Positions 1-8,414 of a stretch of 50,816 nt of DNA are shown piece after piece. The translations under genes and the position numbers were made by a program. Within the stretch, counting starts at the first letter, position 1. Each line of letters begins with the position of its first letter. Origin of the DNA: Candidatus Firestoneibacteriota bacterium (GTDB lineage: Bacteria > Oederibacteriota > D2-FULL-39-29 > CAIOVX01); contig CAIWWK010000098.1 of assembly GCA_903916325.1 (NCBI GenBank), positions 1-50,816 of the forward strand, written 5' to 3'. Under the pieces are notes generated by a model. That model saw only the letters and a list, made by a program, of their open reading frames with translations, was not told the DNA's origin and searched no databases.

Positions 1-264
1 GTTCCGCACTCCGGCCTGCGCGGCAAGGTGAAAGACATACTGCGCTCTCTTAAGAAGTTTCGAAAGATCTGTTTTCAGGATATCGCCGCGGTAAAAAGTG
101 AATTTTTCATATTTTTTAAGCAAACTGATATTTGTCTTTTTCAGGTTTTCATGGTAGTAAGGCGAGAAATTATCCAAACCTGTCACGCAATGCCCGCCGG
201 CAAGCAATTTTTCTGAAAGCGCCGAACCTATGAAACCCGCAGCCCCGGTAACCACGCAATTCAT
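1..264 (-). CDS. NAD-dependent epimerase/dehydratase (UDP-glucuronate 4-epimerase-like), partial; runs off the window start
   Basis: Not in the ORF track. Manual translation gives MNCVVTGAAGFIGS...GLDNFSPYY...YVFHLAAQAGVRN (extended SDR GxxGxxG and HLAAQAGVR motifs). The ATG overlaps the upstream stop (ATGA, 261-264). Confidence 0.9.
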   Translation of the reverse strand, partial: MNCVVTGAAGFIGSALSEKLLAGGHCVTGLDNFSPYYHENLKKTNISLLKKYEKFTFYRGDILKTDLSKLLKRAQYVFHLAAQAGVRN

Positions 265-1274
265 GATTTCTCCTTCTCACGCGTTGCGCCGAGAATATCC
301 CCGAACTTTAAACTCTCTTTTATAAGGAAATACCAGCCGGCAAGCGTAAGTACCGCAAAGACCATGAAATTGCTCACAAGCGAAAAGCTCAAGGCGTCCG
401 GCTGGCCGACATTGTACCAGGAGAGGCAGTATATTGCGAAGAACTGCGTCGTGCCTACACCACCAGGAGAAGGCGGAATCACGACCCCGAGAGTCATTAC
501 TATAAAAACAAAGAAGGAGGAAACCGGGGTTAAGTTTATTCCGAACGCCAGCATCATAAGGTAGGTCATAAGGCCGGAGAGACACCACTGCCCGAGCGAA
601 ACTATAAATATTTTCGCGGCATTCCACGGGTCGTCAAGGGGACGCAAACCCTCGGCAAAAGAAATGACAAGACCGGAAATTCTTTCCGCTGCCTGCTTTG
701 AGAAAATCCCGGCGGCCTTTCCGGCATATTTTGCGGCTTGCGCCGTCCAGAATTTTACAGCCAAAAGCGCAGTGAGTATTCCTATGAAACCGGCCGCCGT
801 AGTAATGAACCCGGCGAGCATGATGCCGGAACTTTTGAAAACTATTCCGCGCTCAACCGGCGACGCGAGGGCAATTACGACAAGGAAGAAGATCAGCGCG
901 AGAAAATCAAAAACCCTTTCCAGTATTATGGTGCCGAAAGTCCGGCTCACATTCACGCTATCGCTCTTGCCTATGATAAAAGCCCTTGCAACTTCACCGA
1001 GTTTGGCCGGAAAGATATTATTCGCCATAATACCGATAAGGATGGAAGAAAGGCGGCCGCGGAAGGAAGGAATCCGGCCGGGCCTGAAAATCAGCCCCCA
1101 CCTGTAGGTTCTAACGACAATATAGAGAGCAAGCGCAGCCATTGACGGGATAATATAGATGTAGTCGGCTTTTTGGAAAGCGGCAAGAACGTCAGAAAGG
1201 TTAACACCCTTAAAAGCGAAATAGAGAAAAGCGCCCCCGATAACAACACTCAGGAAAAGGTTCAGCTTTTTCAT
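261..1274 (-). CDS. Lysylphosphatidylglycerol synthase TM / UPF0104 flippase-like membrane protein
   Basis: Multi-TM protein with RTYRW, NNIFPAKLGEVAR, TIILERVFD and PPSPGGVG motifs. Confidence 0.85.
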   Translation of the reverse strand: MKKLNLFLSVVIGGAFLYFAFKGVNLSDVLAAFQKADYIYIIPSMAALALYIVVRTYRWGLIFRPGRIPSFRGRLSSILIGIMANNIFPAKLGEVARAFIIGKSDSVNVSRTFGTIILERVFDFLALIFFLVVIALASPVERGIVFKSSGIMLAGFITTAAGFIGILTALLAVKFWTAQAAKYAGKAAGIFSKQAAERISGLVISFAEGLRPLDDPWNAAKIFIVSLGQWCLSGLMTYLMMLAFGINLTPVSSFFVFIVMTLGVVIPPSPGGVGTTQFFAIYCLSWYNVGQPDALSFSLVSNFMVFAVLTLAGWYFLIKESLKFGDILGATREKEKS

Positions 1275-2137
1275 AGCCGCCTGAGATAATCCCGCAGTTT
1301 CCTCCCGACTTCTTTGTCCCGCAGGGCATATTCAATTGAGGCCTTCATGTAGCCGAGCTTGTCGCCTGTATCATACCTTTTGCCTTCAAGCTTGACCGCG
1401 TAAACAGGTTTTTCGCGGCAGACTGCCTTAATAGCGTCTGTGAGTTGTATCTCGCCGTTCTTACCGCTCTTGACCGTGCCGAGAGCGGATAGGACATCAG
1501 GGGTCAGGATGTATCTGCCGATTATTCCGAGGTTAGATGGAGCTTCTCTGCGCGAGGGTTTTTCCACGAGGTCTTCTACCCTGAAAACGTTCCCGCCCAG
1601 GCTTTTCCCTTTGATGATGCCATAGTTTGAAACCTGATCGCCCGGCACCTCAACCACCCCGAAAACAACACCCGGGAATTCGGAGTATACCTTCTTGAGT
1701 TGTTCAATGCCGCTGGACTTTACGTTGTAGATGAGATCGTCCGCCAGAAAGACCGCGAAGGGTTCGCTGCCGATAGCCGACCTTGCGCAGTAAACAGCGT
1801 GCCCCAGGCCCAGGGGTTGCTTCTGTCTGACATAAAATATGTCCACCATTTTGGCCACCTGCTCGACTGTGTCAAGCAGTTTTTTATATCCACGCTTCTT
1901 CAGGTAGTACTCAAGCTCAAACGATTTGTCAAAATGGTTCTCAATTGCCTGTTTTCCCCTGCCGGTAACAAGCACTATGTCCTCAATGCCGGCGTCAACA
2001 GCTTCTTCAATTATATATTGTATGGCCGGTTTGTCAAAAATAGGAAGCATCTCTTTTGGCTGGGCTTTCGTCGCGGGCAAGAACCTGGTTCCAAGCCCCG
2101 CCGTAGGTATGACCGCTTTTTTTATTACGAATCTCAC
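1271..2137 (-). CDS. galU: UTP--glucose-1-phosphate uridylyltransferase
   Basis: KAVIPTAGLGTRFLPATKAQPKEMLP, RQKQPLGLGHA, VEKP and GEIQLTDAI motifs. Confidence 0.95.
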   Translation of the reverse strand: MRFVIKKAVIPTAGLGTRFLPATKAQPKEMLPIFDKPAIQYIIEEAVDAGIEDIVLVTGRGKQAIENHFDKSFELEYYLKKRGYKKLLDTVEQVAKMVDIFYVRQKQPLGLGHAVYCARSAIGSEPFAVFLADDLIYNVKSSGIEQLKKVYSEFPGVVFGVVEVPGDQVSNYGIIKGKSLGGNVFRVEDLVEKPSRREAPSNLGIIGRYILTPDVLSALGTVKSGKNGEIQLTDAIKAVCREKPVYAVKLEGKRYDTGDKLGYMKASIEYALRDKEVGRKLRDYLRRL

Positions 2138-2581
2138 TTACTTGCCTCCATTGTCATGCTTAATTATATCCTTGTCTTTCTTGATCTTGTCCAATATGCC
2201 GTTTACGAATTTGCTTGATTCCTTGCCGCTGTAATCCTTGGCTATCTCAATAGCTTCGTTGATAGTCACGGCTACAGGGATCTCGTCACGGAACACAAGT
2301 TCATAAACCGCGGACCTTATGATGTTTCTGTCAACGCTCGCTATCCTGGAAAAATCCCAGTTCTTGAGCCTTTCTTTGATGAGCGCGTCTATCTTTTCAA
2401 GGTTTTCCAGCGTGCCTTTCGCAAGCTGGTAGGCAAAATCTTTTATTTCAGGGTTCTCATCCTGATTCTCGAGGAAATCCTTCCTGCAGTCCTCCAAAGT
2501 TAAAGGCTTCTCGTCCTTTCCCAGATCAATCTGGAAGAGTATCTGCAAGGCAAGTTCTCTTCCTCTGCGCCGGTCGCCCAT
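2138..2581 (-). CDS. nusB: Transcription antitermination factor NusB
   Basis: RRRGRELALQILFQ, DRNIIR, VTINEAIEIAK, FVNGILD; usual position downstream of ribH. Confidence 0.95.
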   Translation of the reverse strand: MGDRRRGRELALQILFQIDLGKDEKPLTLEDCRKDFLENQDENPEIKDFAYQLAKGTLENLEKIDALIKERLKNWDFSRIASVDRNIIRSAVYELVFRDEIPVAVTINEAIEIAKDYSGKESSKFVNGILDKIKKDKDIIKHDNGGK

Positions 2582-2612
2582 ATTTTTCCTTATACGAAAA
2601 TCGCGTCTTTTA

Positions 2613-2842
2613 AAAGTTTATAAGGTTCTTAAGGTTTATGAGCCTCCCCGGCCTAAAGTCCGGGGTGTCTCTGCTGTATTGTAAACATTATTCGTGCCAA
2701 ATTCATCCCCGCCATGAATGGCGGGGTGTTCTTTGGCACAAGCGCATAAAGTTTGTAAGGTAAGGTCAAAACCAAAACTGAGCACTATACACCTTACAAA
2801 CCTTACAAACTTTTTTTCTTTTACCTTACAAACTTTTATAAA
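2613..2842. repeat. 9-mer (AAGGTTTAT-like) inverted array element, copy 1, interrupted by the mini-IS
   Basis: aaagtttat-aaggttctt-aaggttt|at-aaagtttgt-aaggt, then inverted accttacaaaccttacaaact. 2818-2842 is identical to 4764-4788 (25 bp). Confidence 0.8.
2638..2745 (-). mobile_element. Non-autonomous IS200/IS605-family mini-element (PATE-like, 108 bp)
   Basis: Two subterminal GC hairpins (2707-2726 and 2646-2665). On the minus strand, TTAT lies just outside the left end with guide AACA, and the right end finishes in TCAT with guide GACA. Excision restores the flanking 9-mer repeat register. Confidence 0.8.
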
Positions 2843-3290
2843 GATTTACCATCTCTATCGCCGACATCGCGGCTTCCGCGCCCTTATTCCCTGATTTTGT
2901 TCCCGCGCGTTCAATTGCCTGCTCAAGGTTCTCCGTGGTAAGCACTCCAAAAACCACAGGTATTCCGCTCTCCATCGCCGCTGCTGCCACGCCTTTTGAA
3001 ACTTCGGCGGCAATGTATTCATTGTGGGTGGTGCTTCCCTTGATAATAGCCCCAAGACAGATGACTGCGTCGTACTTTTTGCTCTTCGCTAGCTTGCTTG
3101 CAACGTAGGGTATCTCAAAAGCGCCCGGGACCCAATAGATGCCTATATCCTTATCGTCGCCGTCGTGCCTTTTTATGGCGTCAACCGCTCCTTCAAGGAG
3201 TTTTCCCGTAATAAACTCGTTGAACCTGCTGACTACTATACCAAATTTGCAACCTTTTGCAATCAATTTCCCTTCATATACCTTTGCCAT
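2826..3290 (-). CDS. ribH: 6,7-dimethyl-8-ribityllumazine synthase
   Basis: [31 protein letters not shown] and [14 protein letters not shown] motifs. Confidence 0.97.
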   Translation of the reverse strand: MAKVYEGKLIAKGCKFGIVVSRFNEFITGKLLEGAVDAIKRHDGDDKDIGIYWVPGAFEIPYVASKLAKSKKYDAVICLGAIIKGSTTHNEYIAAEVSKGVAAAAMESGIPVVFGVLTTENLEQAIERAGTKSGNKGAEAAMSAIEMVNLYKSL

Positions 3291-3363
3291 ATTTCCTCCT
3301 TTAAAAGGTGATTAAAATGATTTGTAAAAAGCGATTACGCAGATTAAATAAGGCAGTTTTTGC

Positions 3364-3444
3364 GCGTCCGAGCATCCGCGCATCTGAGCATCCAAATGTT
3401 CTACGCCTTTAGGCCTCCAACCATCTAACCTTCCAACCCTCCAT
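3364..3444. repeat. Two degenerate 8-mer tandem arrays in the ribBA-ribH spacer
   Basis: gcgtccga-gcatccgc-gcatctga-gcatccaa (3364-3395) and gcctccaa-ccatctaa-ccttccaa-ccctccat (3413-3444). Confidence 0.65.
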
Positions 3445-3455
3445 CAAAGGCTACA

Positions 3456-4667
3456 CTATATATGCAGAAAGTGTCCCATCTTTTTCTGCTTAGTCCTCAG
3501 GTACTTCGCATTGACCGCGTTAGGCTTGATCTCTATCGGGACCCTCTCAACAACCTTCAGGCCGTAACCTTCAAGCCCGACTATCTTTCTCGGGTTATTT
3601 GTCAGCAGGCGCAGGTTCTTAATTCCAAGATCGCAGAGTATCTGCGCCCCAATCCCATAATCGCGCAGGTCAGGCTTGAACCCGAGTTTTACATTGGCCT
3701 CGACGGTATCATAACCCTGGTCCTGCAGGGCATAGGCTTTTAGTTTATTGATTAATCCTATCCCCCTACCCTCCTGCCTCATATATACAATCGCTCCGGC
3801 TCCTTCCTTTGAGATTATTCGCATCGCATCTTCCAGCTGGTCGCCGCAATCGCACCTATAACTTCCCAGGATGTCTCCTGTGAGGCACTCGGAATGCATT
3901 CTTACCAGCACGCTCTTCTCTTTTGAAATATCCCCGAGTACGAGCGCAATGGGAAAATCGTGGTCCGCCAGGTTCTCATATGCGATAGTGCGCCACTTTC
4001 CGTACTTATTCGGAATCACCGTTTCCACGGCTCTCTTAATGAATTTCTCGTTCTTGCGCCTGTATTCTATAAGCTCAGCAACGGATATTATCTTCAAACC
4101 ATGTTTTCTGGCGTAAGGAATAAGATCAGGGAGCCTTGCCATAGTCCCGTCTTCTTTCATTATTTCGCAGATCACCCCCGCCGGATAAAGCCCTGCCATT
4201 TTCGAAAGATCGACCGAAGCCTCCGTCTGTCCCGCGCGTTTTAATACTCCTCCAATATTCGCCCTCAGGGGGAAAATGTGTCCGGGGCGGACCAGATCCG
4301 CCGGTTTAGTTTTCTTGCTAACAAGGTCTATTATGGTTTTGGCCCTGTCGGCCGCCGAGATGCCGGTAGTGGCGCCGTGCTTAGCGTCAACCGAGACGGA
4401 GAAAGCCGTCTGGTGCATTGAGGTGTTATCGCAGACCATATCGGGCAGCTCAAGTTCGTCGAGCCTCTCGCCTTCAAGCGGGACGCAGATGAGCCCCCTG
4501 CCGTATTTCGCCATGAAATTCACTTTGTCCGGAGTTATCTTCTCCGCGGCAAGGACCAGGTCACCTTCGTTCTCGCGGTCCTCGTCATCTATAACGATAA
4601 CGAATTTGCCCTTCCGTATGTCTGCGACTGCCTCGGGGATTGTTGCTAATACTGTTTTCTTTGGCAT
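3456..4667 (-). CDS. ribBA: Bifunctional DHBP synthase / GTP cyclohydrolase II
   Basis: [28 protein letters not shown]; [30 protein letters not shown]. Confidence 0.97.
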   Translation of the reverse strand: MPKKTVLATIPEAVADIRKGKFVIVIDDEDRENEGDLVLAAEKITPDKVNFMAKYGRGLICVPLEGERLDELELPDMVCDNTSMHQTAFSVSVDAKHGATTGISAADRAKTIIDLVSKKTKPADLVRPGHIFPLRANIGGVLKRAGQTEASVDLSKMAGLYPAGVICEIMKEDGTMARLPDLIPYARKHGLKIISVAELIEYRRKNEKFIKRAVETVIPNKYGKWRTIAYENLADHDFPIALVLGDISKEKSVLVRMHSECLTGDILGSYRCDCGDQLEDAMRIISKEGAGAIVYMRQEGRGIGLINKLKAYALQDQGYDTVEANVKLGFKPDLRDYGIGAQILCDLGIKNLRLLTNNPRKIVGLEGYGLKVVERVPIEIKPNAVNAKYLRTKQKKMGHFLHI

Positions 4668-4685
4668 AGACCGTCCTGTCCTCTA

Positions 4686-4788
4686 AGAGTTTGTAAGGTT
4701 TATAAGGTAAATACGAACCCTGCTTAACAGACTTTATATACCTTATAAACCTTATGAACTTTGCTTTTACCTTACAAACTTTTATAAA
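4686..4788. repeat. 9-mer inverted array element, copy 2
   Basis: Arm agtttgtaaggtttataaggta (4688-4709) pairs 20/22 with taccttataaaccttatgaact (4739-4760). It is followed by the 25-bp block shared with copy 1. Confidence 0.8.
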
Positions 4789-5417
4789 AGAAACCCCTTC
4801 TCTTTTAAAAACTTCTCGTCAATCTCCCTCTTATTCCCCTTCGCTTTAAGGACATATTTTACAAGCATATCCGTTTCAATATTGACAATATCGCCTTCCT
4901 TCAGCGAAATAAGCGTAGTTTCCTTCAAGGTATGGGGGATAATGTTCAAAACAAACGCGTCAGGTTTAAGTTCCATTATGGTGAGACTGACCCCGTTTAC
5001 CGCAACAGACCCTTTATGAACCATATAGACGAGCAGCTCGTCCGCCACGGCTATCTCTATGGCCGCCGCCGAAGAGTTCTTTGACAGGCGCCGGACGCTT
5101 CCCGTCCCGTCCACGTGCCCCGCCACAAAATGCCCGTCGAACCTGCCGTCGGCCCTCATCGCTCTTTCCAGATTAACCTCGCTCCCGCTTTTCAGGAGCC
5201 TGAGGTTAGTCGCGGCAAGAGTGGCTTTTGTCGCTTCAACCGTGAATTTCCGGCCGCCGAAAGCTACCGCCGTCAGGCAGGCTCCGTTAACGGCTACGCT
5301 CTTTCCAATTGAGATATCAGAACTAATGAGCGGGGCGGATATCTCAATAAGGATATTATCGCCGGAAGCTTTTATCCCGTCCACGCGGCCTATTTCTTCA
5401 ATTATTCCGGTAAACAC
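4782..5417 (-). CDS. ribE: Riboflavin synthase (alpha chain)
   Basis: N-terminal MFTGIIEE, SVAVNGACLT, VNLERA, GHFVAGHVDG, VNIETD. Confidence 0.96.
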   Translation of the reverse strand: MFTGIIEEIGRVDGIKASGDNILIEISAPLISSDISIGKSVAVNGACLTAVAFGGRKFTVEATKATLAATNLRLLKSGSEVNLERAMRADGRFDGHFVAGHVDGTGSVRRLSKNSSAAAIEIAVADELLVYMVHKGSVAVNGVSLTIMELKPDAFVLNIIPHTLKETTLISLKEGDIVNIETDMLVKYVLKAKGNKREIDEKFLKEKGFLL

Positions 5418-5441
5418 TATTCCCTCCGACTGATTACAACG

Positions 5442-6521
5442 CTAAAATCTTCCCTCAACAAGGATGTCATCTCCCGATATCGAGTATTTCACATCCTTAA
5501 GTTTAATGGAATCCTTCATTTTCCTGATTCCGATATCTCCGGTAAGGCCCAGCCCCCTGCCGCAAAATTTTGGCGCTATAAAAATAACGGCTTTATCGGC
5601 AAGTTTTTCTTTCATTAAACCCGTGAGGATCCGGCTTCCGCCTTCTGCAAGCACCGACGAGATTCCGTAGGCAGGAAGCTTAAGCATAAGGTCTTTAAGG
5701 TCAAGCAGTCCGCCTTTCATCTTTACCGTGAGCAGGATAACGCCTTTGTTCCTGAAGGCGCGCTTTCTGCTTTCACCTGCCTTCCTGGAAACTGCTATTA
5801 TCGTGCCTTCTCCCGCGATTTTCGCGGAAAGCGGGGTTTTCAAGAGCGGGTCAACAACTATCCTTACGGGATTTCGTCCCTTCACAAGACGAACCGAAAG
5901 TTCCGGGTCGTCCGCAAGCACCGTATTTACGCCTACCATTACCGCGTCATTAAGCGCCCTTAGCCCGTGGACTCTCCGCCTGCTTTCAAGGCAGGAAATC
6001 CATTTTGAATCGCCCCCGGAAGCCGCAATATTTCCGTCCAGCGTGACAGCCGCCTTTATCGTTACAAGCGGGCGGCCGGCGGATACGCATTTAATATACG
6101 GGGCATTAATCTCCCTGCAAGCAGACTCCTGCCCTGACTCGGCAACTTTCACGCCTCTTTTCCTCAAAAATTCTATCCCTTTGCCCGAGACTTTTGGGTT
6201 CGGGTCTCTCATGCCTATTACAACCTTCTTTATTCCGGCCTCGGCCAGCCGCTCCGCGCAGGGCCTGGTTTTTTTTCCGGAAAACCAGACACAGGGTTCA
6301 AGAGTAACGTAGGCAGTCGCCCCCCGGGCTCTCTTGCCTGCCTTTTTAAGCGCCATCGCCTCGGCGTGATCTTTGCCGAAGGCCGCGTGGAAACCTCTGG
6401 AGATTACTCTTCCGCCTTTAACGAGCACGCAGCCGACAAGAGGATTTGTCCTGGTACGGCCTTCTCCGAGGAGAGCCTCCTTTATGGCGAGAGCTATGTA
6501 TTTGCCGTGTTTGTTGTCCAT
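5442..6521 (-). CDS. ribD: Bifunctional diaminohydroxyphosphoribosylaminopyrimidine deaminase / reductase
   Basis: TNPLVGCV, HAE, TLEPC...PC, TLDG, SKWIS, EGG. Start moved to ATG 6521 because the ORF-track extension runs through the riboswitch terminator. Confidence 0.95.
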   Translation of the reverse strand: MDNKHGKYIALAIKEALLGEGRTRTNPLVGCVLVKGGRVISRGFHAAFGKDHAEAMALKKAGKRARGATAYVTLEPCVWFSGKKTRPCAERLAEAGIKKVVIGMRDPNPKVSGKGIEFLRKRGVKVAESGQESACREINAPYIKCVSAGRPLVTIKAAVTLDGNIAASGGDSKWISCLESRRRVHGLRALNDAVMVGVNTVLADDPELSVRLVKGRNPVRIVVDPLLKTPLSAKIAGEGTIIAVSRKAGESRKRAFRNKGVILLTVKMKGGLLDLKDLMLKLPAYGISSVLAEGGSRILTGLMKEKLADKAVIFIAPKFCGRGLGLTGDIGIRKMKDSIKLKDVKYSISGDDILVEGRF

Positions 6522-6532
6522 TTTCCCTGATA

Positions 6533-6564
6533 ACAAAAAAGCCTTGCCCCTTTCAGGGCAAGGC
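6533..6564 (-). terminator. Intrinsic terminator of the FMN riboswitch expression platform
   Basis: Minus strand gccttgccc-tgaaag-gggcaaggc followed by TTTTTTGTT. Confidence 0.85.
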
Positions 6565-6585
6565 ATAAGAGATGCAAAAAGAAAA

Positions 6586-6704
6586 ACCCTCTTCTATCCG
6601 GACTTTAACCGTCGGCACCGGAATTTCACCGGTTCAGTCCGTCACGGTGACGGAGTAGCGGGCTTTACCGCCGGTAGGGAATCTCACCCTGCCCTGAAGG
6701 TATT
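6586..6704 (-). ncRNA. FMN riboswitch (RFN element)
   Basis: Minus strand cttcagggcagggtgagattccctaccggcggtaaagcccg...ccggtgaaattccggtgccgacggttaaagtccggatagaagag matches the RFN consensus and lies upstream of ribD. Confidence 0.96.
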
Positions 6705-6707
6705 TAT

Positions 6708-6736
6708 ATTATATACTCTAAAATCCCGGAAGTCAA
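6708..6736 (-). promoter_or_regulatory. Sigma70 promoter of the rib operon
   Basis: TTGACT-17 bp-TATAAT immediately upstream of the RFN element. Confidence 0.85.
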
Positions 6737-6752
6737 GGCGCTCCGGCCACTG

Positions 6753-8390
6753 CTATTTTCTTGGGCCATAAACCGGCAATGGCAGCCCCTTTTCAATTGC
6801 GCCCATATCCGGAGCCTTCCCCGCAAAACCATCGGTAATGTTCGGTATTTCCACGCCGGCGTCTATGGCAGGACATCCGTCTTTGAGTTCAAACATCGGC
6901 GCCGGAGAAATGACAGCGGGAGGCGCGACTATGTCCCAGTCCGCGGCAAAAAGATTCTCTTTCTTAACGACTATCCCGTGCTTTTCCTGGTCAATATCAT
7001 CAAAGAAATCCCCTGCAGTTACTCTCATCTTGCTGGCAAAGCAGTCGTAGTCAAGATCATAGCCCTGGTTTATCGGTCCGACATCGTGATAATCAAGCGG
7101 CCCCGCCCAGCAGGAATATATATTATTCCTGGAATAGACATGGTTAATGAGCGATCCTTTTGTATTGTTCAGAAAAGTATTGTTGATGAAAATAGCGCCG
7201 TTCGAAAGATACCTGTCTTTGAAATAATTCTCCCGGAAGCCGGCAACCTGGTTCCTGATAAAGTAAACCGGGCCGCCGAGATAGGGCTGAAAACTCATGC
7301 CGTTGTGCAGGCAGGAGTAGAACCTGTTGTTGAAAATCCTCAGGTTTGGCCCGCTGTCATCGGTTTCAATACCATCGTCCGAGGAACTGAAAGAATCGTT
7401 CCCGAACACATCGCTGTTCGGCGTCTCAATAGACATCGGATCGGCCACTCGCGTAATCTTGTTGAAGCAAATAACCTGCCCAACGCCGGCATGAGTCTCA
7501 ATTCCTTCACCGTCGTTGTTTCCGTCGGCGGGAATATTGTCTCCTTCGATATAATTGTCCGCGATATAATTCTCTCCCGATTTGACTTCAATGGAATAGT
7601 GATTTCCTATCAGCTTGCAGCGCATTATTGATGTCCTATCTGCGCCAGGCATAAGGTGGAGCGCGTATGGAAAGCCTTTTAGCGTTATGCCGTAGAGCAT
7701 TGCTCCGGGGACGCAGAAATCCACACCCCGTTCGAGCTCTTCTGAACCGTGTTTCATTGAGCCTTCTATTATTACCTCTCCGTCGCCTGCAGCCATAATC
7801 GTGATAGGGGCAAGCACCCTGAAGTTGCCGTCGTAGGTACCGGCGTGAACCAGAAGGACATCCCGGTCTTTCGCGGCAAGTACGGCCTTCCTCAGCGCCC
7901 CCCGGGTAACAGGGTAAACATCGGTGATTTTTGAAGACTTCAAATCCGGCAGAATTGGATAGCTTCTTGTCTTAACAGAAAGAACTTCCTGAGCTCCCCC
8001 TCCATCCGGGTCTTTCAGTGACACTTTAACTTCGTATTCCGTTCCATCTTTGAGGTTAAAAATAGAGCCCGCGAGGTAGTTCAGTTTCCAGTGCTCTTCG
8101 ACATAAACACTCATATGATTTTTCCAGCCGCGGGCTGTTTCCAATGAACCTTTATCGGGAGTGACCGCGCCGGCGCGGAAAAGATCCATGGCTTTCTTCC
8201 ATTCAACCGTTCCTTTCTCGCGAAACTCAACCGCGCATGCCGCGTTATTATTGCTGTCTCCCTCGATATTCCACTGTATGCCGGCGCATTGCATGGTCGC
8301 GTAGATTGAAGGTTTTTCTTTCAGGACAGTTTCGTTTCCGGCGTGCAGGAACGAAGAGAGCAAAAGGGCAGGCAGAAGCAGTTTTTTCAT
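6753..8390 (-). CDS. Secreted right-handed parallel beta-helix protein (pectin-lyase-like fold) with N-terminal Fn3-like domain
   Basis: Signal peptide MKKLLLPALLLSSFLHA, GGAGG RBS before ATG 8390, DDGIETD/NRF/RNQV beta-helix turns, C-terminal CPAIDAG...APDMGAIE. Confidence 0.75.
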   Translation of the reverse strand: MKKLLLPALLLSSFLHAGNETVLKEKPSIYATMQCAGIQWNIEGDSNNNAACAVEFREKGTVEWKKAMDLFRAGAVTPDKGSLETARGWKNHMSVYVEEHWKLNYLAGSIFNLKDGTEYEVKVSLKDPDGGGAQEVLSVKTRSYPILPDLKSSKITDVYPVTRGALRKAVLAAKDRDVLLVHAGTYDGNFRVLAPITIMAAGDGEVIIEGSMKHGSEELERGVDFCVPGAMLYGITLKGFPYALHLMPGADRTSIMRCKLIGNHYSIEVKSGENYIADNYIEGDNIPADGNNDGEGIETHAGVGQVICFNKITRVADPMSIETPNSDVFGNDSFSSSDDGIETDDSGPNLRIFNNRFYSCLHNGMSFQPYLGGPVYFIRNQVAGFRENYFKDRYLSNGAIFINNTFLNNTKGSLINHVYSRNNIYSCWAGPLDYHDVGPINQGYDLDYDCFASKMRVTAGDFFDDIDQEKHGIVVKKENLFAADWDIVAPPAVISPAPMFELKDGCPAIDAGVEIPNITDGFAGKAPDMGAIEKGLPLPVYGPRK

Positions 8391-8414
8391 GATTCCTCCG
8401 GGCAAAAAGACTGA

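Noticed and set aside
28-216. 62-aa plus-strand ORF
   Set aside because: Antisense shadow of the partial epimerase gene (1-264, minus strand)
2613-2842. Possible CRISPR array or toxin-antitoxin RNA repeats
   Set aside because: Units are 9 bp, degenerate and inverted, with no repeat-spacer periodicity and no cas or toxin gene in the window
6522-6566. ORF-track N-terminal extension of ribD
   Set aside because: Runs through the riboswitch terminator; ATG 6521 fits the family
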